Assembly (NCBI GenBank): GCA_032718475.1
Contig: JAUCBJ010005093.1
Location: 25,880-89,879, forward strand
From: Nemertoderma westbladi
Taxonomy: Eukaryota > Animalia > Xenacoelomorpha
Length of the DNA stretch: 64,000 nt
Direction: 5' to 3'
Position 1 is the stretch's first letter; each line of letters starts with the position of its first letter. The position numbers were made by a program, and so were the translations under genes. Of the stretch, positions 1 through 9,800 are shown in pieces. The notes beneath the pieces are model-generated. The model saw only the letters and a list, made by a program, of their open reading frames with translations, did not search any database and had not been told where the DNA came from.

Positions 1-3000
1 TGTTCTGTGGAAGGTCTTGAGCGGTCAATATGAGCTCCTGATATTGTGGCAAAGACTGTAGATACGGCTCGTACGCAACATGTGATGGGTCTACCGCCCA
101 AAATCCATATCCCGCCTTAAATGGTAACCAACGCATCTGCGCTTGGATGTGGTCAGCCACACTCTCCCACTTATCTAGCATCTCCCGAAGTAGGTTAGCG
201 CTATGGTTTTGGAAGGAATCGTCTTGCAGTTGGCATCTTGCGCTACGATGTCCCTTTACTCCACAATATCCACATTGAGAAATGAAAACGGTGCACGTAT
301 GAAATGAATGGTCGGTCTCGTTGCACCAATGGCAGACCTTATGCGCCGCCTCCACTACCGCGTCGCACGATTTTTGATTGTGCCTTGTGCTGCCGCACAA
401 CTTGCACCTACGCGCTTGTGGAAACCAGGCCCTCTCGTATATGAGGTCTCCAATCGGTTTCGCACTTCCTTCTTTCCCAATGTCTAATACGATGTCGTCC
501 TCTCCGGTTAAAGGTTGTCGATCCGGAACGAAGTAAACATCCTCGCCCTTGTCCTCTATCTCCAATATTTCCTCCCGCGTTCGTTTCGGATATGTCTTCT
601 CCACCGGAAGATCTACTCCAAACACCTCTACTAACGTCTCCGGCCAACCCTCTCTAACAGGTCTATCAGCCTCCGAGTGGAAGGGAGTACCAAACCCGCG
701 GGTTTGATTCCCGAACCACTTCTCCAAAGCTTCTGGCGTCGGATACTCCATCGACGGTCCGTCTCCCAAATCTCCGATATTCTGTCGATATATCCCTTCG
801 AATATCGCTAATCCTCTCCTCACCATCGACGTATTCTCTAGCGATTGGTTGAAGAACGGGGTTAAGAAACGCTTCATCACGTCGGATTGGATTCCCACTT
901 TCGAGCGAACGTATTGATTTCCTCCGAACACCAATGGATGACGCTTCAAAACTCGCGCAACGATATCCGCTAATAAACAAGTTACCATGTTCGACTCAAG
1001 CACCAAATAATATTGTAGTGACGCACGGGGTGGCGCGCATATGTTCCAATACACTAACGCTTGCCGCTTGAAGTGGGATTTGAACTCCGCTCCCGGTGGC
1101 GTGTTATATTCACCATACGCCTCCTCGTATTTCTTCTGCGTTTTCAACTTGAAGTCCCAATTATACAATAAATGTGCTATGAAGCCCACACCAGTCTTGG
1201 CAGAGTTGGGATACTCCCTATAAATTCCAATGTCTTGTACCCATAGCAACAATTGTTTGGTGTCGACAAACGGTCTTGACAATCTATCTTCCAAATCAGT
1301 TATGGCGTTAAAGTCACTCTCCAAATCGCTCTGGACTCCCGATCCCACCTTGACGTAATCTTGGTTGAGAATAGCCTCTCTAACCTTCTTGGGTAACATC
1401 CTGGTGTCGATACGCTCTGCTCCGTGCATACCTCCTCGCCTGCATAGTGCATACCTCCAAAATCTGTTCCCTAGGATCCTTCCCTTTCCGATATTGTGTC
1501 GTGATTATGGGCTCCGGTCTCTCTCTATCCGCTCTTACGCGCATAAACACATGAGTCACACCATCGGCCGTGCGAATTTGAATGCACTTACTAGTCAAGC
1601 ATTCCTGATGAGACCCTCCTTCATTGTCGTAGAACATCACTCTCCAATCCTGCAGTGATTCCTCCGTTTTCCTCCACTGACGCTGAATCTCGTCGGATGG
1701 GGTCCACATGCGCTCGATAGCCTTGTGGTCGTCATATCGGGTGTAAGATCCCTTTCTCCTCAGCCACGCCGGATCTACCTCCTCGTCATCTGGGAATGTA
1801 GCCACCGCGACCCATACCTTGATGTACTTATCTAACCATCCGAATAACTTACTCTCCTTTCCCGGAGCTCCAATCTTATCCAATGTGTCGTAGTCTGTGA
1901 TCTGCATTGGGACATCACGCAAGAACTTCGCGCATAAAACTTCCCGTAGACAGTCGACGTTCCAATGATCCGACATCCTCACCATCGGCAAGAATCTAAT
2001 CGCTTCTCGCGACTCCGGGTGATCTACCAATATCGCAGGTTAGTTGCCGTCGGAATAATACACCGGTCGGGGTTGAGATACGGCCTGTGGAACAAATCCG
2101 GTCACTCTCCTCGTCTCCTCTTGATGTCTATCCGCGGTCTTATTATATTCCGCTACCCGCGCTTCGAATAATTGATTCGCCTTCGCCGCTCGCTCCTCCT
2201 GCCGCAACGCATCTATGTCGTCCTGATGCTCAGGCGTGAGAGTTTTCGCTTGATGGGGCGAAGTAAACGTAGACCAGGGACTCAAGAGCTCCAAACCCGC
2301 GGGTTTGGTACCTGAGTCCCGTGCCGCTTCGCACCGCGCCTCTAGGTAGGCTCGGTATAGCGAAATGGCCGCTGCCGTCTCTATCAAACTAGGTGTCGAA
2401 CAGGGTTTAATCTCCGTATACGGATCTAATGTCGTAACAGTCGGCGTAATGGGTCTTGGAGGTCGCTTGCCGCTGAAGTCGATACTGATCATCGGGTTGC
2501 TCATTGGGTAACCTCCCTCGTTGTATCTAAGGAATTGGTGAGCTTGACATCGCGTTAATATCGGTTCAGGATGTTGCTCGTCCAGTCGGTCGGGAATCGC
2601 CACGTCTTGTTTATTCATGCATTCACCACATTTGTAGAACAACTTGTATACACTGAAGACCTTTGACGTCTCTTGATCCTCGCCTCGAGTCCTCCGATAC
2701 AGATGCATTCCATCGAATTGATCTCGGACTGCAGGTAAAGGCTCTTCATGTCGTAAATACATGTTCATATGGTACAGCCGCGCAATCTCCTCGTCCGGGT
2801 CTGCGCTAATGTTGCATACGTCTAACGCGAAATCGTAGGGATACCGAGTGCGATACTCCTTCCGCAAAACTTCCATGCGGTCCCCCAACGCTCTCATTCT
2901 TTCCCTCCTTAATTCTTTATCGTAAGCGGGTTTATACTTCCCATTTAGCTCCATTACCGACCTTCCATGATAGTAAACATTCGAATCCTTACATCCTGGT

Positions 3001-3107
3001 CGGGCAAATGGCAGCTCCGCCTCCTCTCTGGCAGTAAATCCTCTCCGCGGTTGGGCTCTAATTCCCTTCTCCATTACAATCCGCATATATACATATATAT
3101 ATTCCAA
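1..3107 (-). pseudogene. Accessory ORF of element A: unknown N-terminal domain + DEDDy-like 3'-5' exonuclease + 3x CCHC zinc knuckle (one in-frame TAA, one 7-nt frameshift; runs off window)
   Basis: 2040..3107 and 1380..2030 are in frame across TAA 2040-2042. Removing a TATGCAC duplication (~1441-1453) joins a stop-free frame running to position 1. Motifs: VMFYDNEG, CIQIRT, LPKKVREAILNQDYVKVGSGVQSDL, FVDTKQL, GVGFIAHLL, LQYYLVLES; CKLCGSTRHNQKSC, CHWCNETDHSFHTC, CGYCGVKGHRSARC. Confidence 0.78.
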
Positions 3108-3179
3108 TAAGTTCCGTTACGTAACTAATTACACTGTGGGTGAATCAGTTAGATGTCGCTGAAGGACAGACCTCCTGAG

Positions 3180-3205
3180 CCCCCCCCCCCCCCCCCCCCC
3201 CCCCC
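3180..3205. repeat. Poly-C/poly-G homopolymer between pol and the accessory ORF
   Basis: About 26 consecutive C on the plus strand. Confidence 0.9.
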
Positions 3206-3841
3206 ACCGCCTTCCAGCAGTTCAGGTTCGACTCTCTAGATCCCGTCTCATTCCTAACTATCCTCTAACCTATTCCCATGCATAGCGCAAAAACTTTTGA
3301 GATAAACTGGCCGTGACCCTGACCAACTCACTTTTTGATGCCCAAACTACTCCCATTACTTGTACTAAACTACAGTAGTTAGAAAGGACAATAGTCTCAA
3401 TGCTCGACTATACCAAACCCACAGGTTTGATAATCGAACATCACACTTCACTGCAAACTACTGAGTGCGGTCCGTGTATGCCCTGGTGCTACTAACCTTT
3501 AGCACCTTAGTTGTACTGTAGGCACCAATCTGTGGAAGTTGCTAAACTCAATTCACACTCCTACGTAATATAGCCGTCACCATGGTTTCTAAATGCTATT
3601 TTCCAGGCTTCATGACTTTTCAAATTACTGTTTATCTATAGACGAATTCTAAATCGCATCTATACACAGCATCTGGAATTGTCTTGGGTTCACTTCTAAT
3701 TTTTAAATTTTTTAATTTTCCAAAAATTTTGAAATAAAATTTTGTTTTGATACCCACCAGGCAAATCACCACAAACCCGCTCCTATGCATTTCCTTGTAT
3801 TTGCATACGAGGAATGCATACGAAGTGAGTTGCGTCCAACA

Positions 3842-6800
3842 CTAATTTTTATTTGAGGCAGGAGACAAATTATAATCTCCTGTCTCGATGCGTGTCTCTT
3901 CTAATAACACAATATCTTGGACCGGTCGGTCCAAGGTGTGTAAACCATTAGTTTTACACTTCTTTGGGTGCGGACACTTGCACCTAATTTTCACAGTGAC
4001 TGTGCGCACTATGTTTTGCACGTCTGGGTGTATGTGCAAGATAACTCCCGTCTCCCAGTACTTTCTCTTGACAATTGGTTCGGTTATCAATACGTAATCT
4101 CCTCTTTGGAGGCTCCGAACCGTTTTGTACCACTTTGTTCTGGTAGATATGGTGGGAAGATAGTATTCCCGCCAATATTCCCAGAATGTGTACGCCACAA
4201 ATTGTGTCACTTTCCAGCTCTTACGACTATATAGGTCGGCACTAATGGGTTCTGATGCCGGCACAAGAAATGCTGGACTCTGCATTAGCAAATGATTCGG
4301 CGTTAATGCAACACCGTCTGGCAACATAGCTATCGGCCTCGAGTTCAGGGTATGCTCGATTTCGATGAAAGCTGTGACCAGTTCGTCGTCGGTAAGTTGT
4401 TTGTTTACAGGCAATGTCTTAGCAATGGCCTGCTTTATGGAACGAACCAAACGCTCCCAACTTCCTCCTCTCCAAGGACTTTCTGGAGTATTGAATCTCC
4501 ACTCTATTCTTTGCGGCAAAAGTGCTGCAGAAATTTCTTTATTCTGCGCTGCTCTGTGAGCCGCGTTCAACTCGCTATTCCCTCCGACAAAGTTTGTACC
4601 CTTATCAGAGTAGAACACCTTTACTAGTCCTCTCCTGGCCATAAATCTCTTTAAGGCCAGGAGCAGAGATTTGGTCGACATGTCTGCCACACGCTCGATA
4701 TGTATGGCTCTACTAGCCATGCATGTCAGTAGCAGGCCCCATCGCTTGTGGGTCAGCCGTCCACTCTTTGCCTCAATCGGACCAAAACAATCCACCCCTG
4801 TATTCGTAAAGGGTGGGTCATATGCCTGCACTCTCGCTTCCGGGAGTTCAGCCATCTCCTGTTCCAATACTCTGGCGTTCACCCTCTTGCAAACCAGACA
4901 GGCGTCGTACATAGTGCCTACTGCCCTGCTTGGCTGCAATAGAATGAATCGCTGTCTCGCTGCCGACAAACAGTGTAACTTTCCCGCGTGATGCAACCTC
5001 TTGTGTATATCCCATAGAATCGCTCTTTGCAATTCTATTGGGTGACTAGGGATTATCACTGGGAACCTGAACTGTGAGTTTATGTCGACAGTCTGGATTC
5101 TCGATCTATGACAAATCAAACCCTTATGGATTAATGGACTCCATTTTCTAAGGGGTTTATAGAGAACTGGTCGTTGAGCCGATAATAGATGGAATTCCTT
5201 TGGGAAGGCACACATTTGATAATGTTTCAAATGCTTTAATTCCGCTTGATCAATGTCATCCTCTGTCAGAGGTTGTTTCAATTTCTGAATTCGCTCACTA
5301 TTAGTGCTCATTTGTTCTCCCAAATGTTTCGAATGTTTTAAACAAAGGTACGAAATGTATCGGCTTAACCACGCAGTTCTTTTACAAATTGTCAGCCAAG
5401 AGGCAGACGAATTTAGTAATTTGTCATAAATACTACATGGCTCTAACGCCAGCGACGGTTGTCCGCTAACTAATGGAAGTTTCGAATCCAAACCCACAGG
5501 TTTGGAAACCAAAGGCTCCATTGTGTCGGTCATTTTCTGTCCGTCACTTACCAACTGTGACTCTGGTTTAGTCTGTAAGGGTGGTTTTACGTCATAACTT
5601 ACCCTTCCTGACCTAGTAGTCACGTAAGTCTGTAGGTCTGACAGGTCTCCAGGCCGCTCCAATGGCTCTTCAGGCCGCTCCAATGACTCTTCAGGCCGCT
5701 CCAATGACTTGAGTTTGGCTTTAGACTTTGACTTAGAGACTTTCTCCACTTTGACTTCTGCATCTTCTGGCATCGGATTGGTCACTATCTTTAGTCGCTC
5801 TGGCCAATGTTCCTGTGTCCTCGTTAGAAAATCAGGTCCATGCAACCAAAACTCCTGGGACTCTTCCTGACAGAATTCCGCCGGCATTGCACCTCTCGAA
5901 GTTATGTCGGCCGGGTTTAACACTCCCGGACAATGTCTCCATTGTTCCTTCGTCGAAAAGTCGACGATCTGAGCGCGTCTGTTGGCCACAAATGTCTTTA
6001 GTGCAATATTGTCGGCCGCAATGTATACTAACACTAAGGATGCGTCCGTCCAATAAAATAAGGTCAATGTCGTGTCTAACTCCTCTGTTATCTGCTTACT
6101 TACCTCGACTGAAACTACTGCCGCCTGTAACTCTGCACGAGGGACAGTCATGTATTTGACCGGCATTGTCTTTGATCTAGAAGTCACAAAGGCCGTCTCA
6201 AATTTATCCTGACTTACCTCTCGGCGAAGGTAGGCTACCATACCAAAGCCGGTGTCACTTGCGTCACTGAATAGGTGGAGTTCGAGATCAGCTGGGAATA
6301 CCAGCTGATTCGGAAAGTAGGAACGGGGTACATCTATGTTTTTCAATAGATGCAACTCGGCTTCCCACTCTCTCCACTGCTTTGCATGTATAGGAGATAT
6401 TGGTTCGTCCCACTCTAGGTCGGACAACCAAATTTTCCTCATGCACGCTCGTGCCTGTAATATTACCGGACTGATAAAGTTCATCGGGTCAAATAGTCTA
6501 CTTAATGTCGATAAGCAAATTCTCTTTGTCAAAACTTTGTCTGGACTACTGGGCTCAAATCTAACTCTTACCTGGAACTTGTCCGTGTTCGGGTTCCAAG
6601 CGAGTCCCAGTACTCGCGCCATGGGGATGGGTTCTACCCCCAATTCAATGTCTCCGCTCCCGCGATCTTTCACCGGGAACGACTCTAATAGGGCCTCCGA
6701 GTTCGTAGTGAACTTGGTCAGAGGAAATCCCCCTGTAGCCAAGCACTCCTGCAGGCCGTGAGCCACTTCTATGGCTTGTTCCGCTGTGTCCTTGGACACC

Positions 6801-9800
6801 AATCCGTCGTCCATGTAGAAGTTTCTCAAGATGGACTCGATAACCTCTACTGGATACTTACCAATCTGGGCTGTTGCCGTTTTCTTTAGAACAAACAGCG
6901 TGCCATTTGGACTATCGCGGGCACCAAATATCCTAACGTACATTTGGTATGTAACCACTGGGCCGGATAAGTCTTCATTCTCAAACCAGAGAAATCGAAG
7001 GCTATCCTGGTCTGCCTTACAGGCTCTTACCTGGTGGAACATCGCCTCGATGTCACAAGTAAATGCGAATCGCCGCTGTCTAAAACGCAACAGTATTCCT
7101 ATCAAATAATTGTTCAGGTTGGGTCCGTCCATCAACTCTGAATTCAGGGACATACCTCTGTAGACTGCTGCGCAGTCGTTGACTACTCGGACTTTGTCAG
7201 GTTTGTCAGGGTGAGTCACATAGTGGTGTGGGAGGTAATAAGTCTGGTCTGTCACTAAGTCAGGGTCCTCTACCTTCCCAGCAAATCCCTTGGCGAAATA
7301 GTTGTTGATCTGGGCGCAATACTTCTCCCTAATGTCCGGATTCTTCAACAACCGAGCCCTTACTCCGTTCAATCTTTTCAAGGCTAAGCTGTAGTTGTTC
7401 TCCAACTTAGGAGGTTGTCGACGCCACAACATTCCAACTTCAAAATGTCCAGTCGGTAGCAGACGTATGGTATCTTCCATCATCTCCAGCGACCGTTTCT
7501 CATCAGTAGACATGGCTAGGTCATATCCACCGGGTTCCATTGCGTCCCTATCCAGCCATTCGACGGTTCTGGCTCCTGTCTCGAGGTCCTGGCGTATCAA
7601 TTCCTTCTGTAGCTCCTCCTCACTGTATTGGAAAATGTCTAGGTCTCGATATTTAGCCACTTGACCCTCCACTATGTCGGTATAAGTCAAAACGTTACTC
7701 AGATAGGTAGCGTGGGCCGCTGAACCAGACCCACGGGTCTGATAACAGTAGTCCTCGGGTTCACTATCTGTCCGGTCATTGTGAAGTGGTTCCGACAACC
7801 TAACATTATCGGGAATCAACTCCTCGTCCGACTCGCTAACGTCACTATAATGGTCAATACAGGTTCTCCTAAACTCGTCTATGTCTGGTGGTTCTACTAA
7901 CGGTGGTTGAGTTATAGGCTGTAATCCGTCGTATCTATCCATTGGCTTGTCGCCACCTGTAAACTCATAAGACATGGGTACTCGTGTATACCAACCTAAT
8001 ATAGTCCTATGGGCATGTGGTCCATTGACATGCGGCTCAGCTGGTCTCGTTTCCCATATTTGGTGTGCGATCAGCTGTTCTGCACCAATCAACATAGAAA
8101 CATTCCTATAACCTACCTGGTGTCTCGGTACTCTGAGTTTGTCAAAATACTCCTGTGCTATGGGACTCATCGGTGGCACCTTACCTAACTGCCTGCCGAA
8201 CCCCTTCATAGCTAGACACTTGAATCCATCTAATGGCAAAGCTTTCCGTTCTTGTCGAGTGTGTTGGTCTCTCGGAAGTAGGGAATCTAGTTCTACAGAA
8301 ATTCTGTGTCCCTTGAGGTCACGTACCCCGTGCATAGACTTTAACTCTATTTGTATTTCCTCTGCATCCTGGAAGCTAGAAACGGCTCTCGCCACTTCCT
8401 CGTCTATATATGATAATGTGGACGCAGTGTCCAACATCACATATATTCTTTTTGATCCCTTATCTCCAGTAAGTTTCACCGGAATCACGCTAAATATTTC
8501 CGACGTGGCCGATGATAAATACGTCCGCGCGCTGGTCGATGAACTATCCGCAGTGAAACCTTGGCAGGTCACCTCTCTTGCGCTCGATTCGCCATCCTCG
8601 TCCGACGAACCTGGTTGGTAACCATCGTCTTGAATGCCGGTATACGTATTTCTTCTTATCGATACGGGTTCTTCGCTCTCCTTCCTTTGAGGATTTCGCT
8701 GTAAGTAACGGTCCGTTGGGGTGTGGAAATCCGCATGTAGCAACTTGTGATGTAGTCTGCCGCATTCCATGCATCCGTCCTTGCTGTTCGGGCACTGCCG
8801 CCGTACATGACCTGGCGCAAGACATGCCCAACAGGTGTCCAATGTCCGCACTTGAAATCTTCTCTGTTCCGAATTTAATTCTTTGAACCGTCTGCAACTA
8901 TCCAACTTATGATCGTCAGATCTTACCTCCTTTAGTAAGCAGAATTGGCAACCTACAAATCCATCCGGCAACTCCTGTTGCTTTAACCTAGGTCTATCTA
9001 ACCGCTCACCTGACCATACTCGCGAGTCTGATCTAAAGGCTGGGGTACTCGAATTATATCTGTCTACTGAGTTAAATGTCACAGTGGTCCTGTCATCGTC
9101 AAAACTTACCATAGACTTACCGGTAACAGGTTTAGACTCCCACATATTCTCCTCTGAGAAGTTTGATTTCATCTCTGCTACTGCGTCTGTGGCTATCATG
9201 TCATGGATATGTTGAAGTGTCAACACCTTACTTTGACCCTCCAACTTATTCTCTAATTTGCGCCATTTCTGACTGTAACGCATGTTTAAACGTCTTATTA
9301 CGCTCTTCAAAACTTCGGCGTGATCACCAAGATAAGGTAGATTCACCATCATCAAGATGTCTAATGCGTTCGAAATAGCATTCGCTAAGTTCAACAGCTC
9401 TAACGGAGTTGTAATCCTTCCGCCCTTACCCAAGTCTTCTACTATCGACTGTGCCATCTTGGTTTTATTCCCATAGATGTCGCTAAGCGTCTTCATTGCT
9501 AACTCAAACGCCCTTTCATTGCCGACGAAGTTGTCAGCAATGACTCTAGGTTCTCGATGGAGCATTTGAAGCAAATAGTTGAACTTCTCGTTGGGAGTAA
9601 AGGTGCTGTTGGTCAGCTGTTCGTCGACATAGGTTTTGAACGTCCTCCAATGCTTATGGTTGCCCATAAACTTCTGGGGTTGTTGCGTCGGCAGTCCTTG
9701 CCTAGCAGCAAACTTACCTATGTCTCTAAGTGTTGCGTCGTTCCGGGTTAACAAATGGTTTAGTTCTGCAGGGTTATTAAGTCTGGTCCTTTCCCGGGGA

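Noticed and set aside
408-980. Track ORFs 408..647 and 666..980 (minus)
   Set aside because: Alternative-frame shadows of the longer stop-free frame (~1450 to <1) that carries the exonuclease and knuckle motifs.
2040-3107. Envelope glycoprotein in the env position
   Set aside because: No signal peptide, TM anchor or Cys-rich ectodomain pattern; downstream motifs indicate a nuclease.
3180-3205. G tract as polypurine tract of a 3' LTR
   Set aside because: Not followed by TG, and the adjacent sequence does not match the putative 5' LTR.
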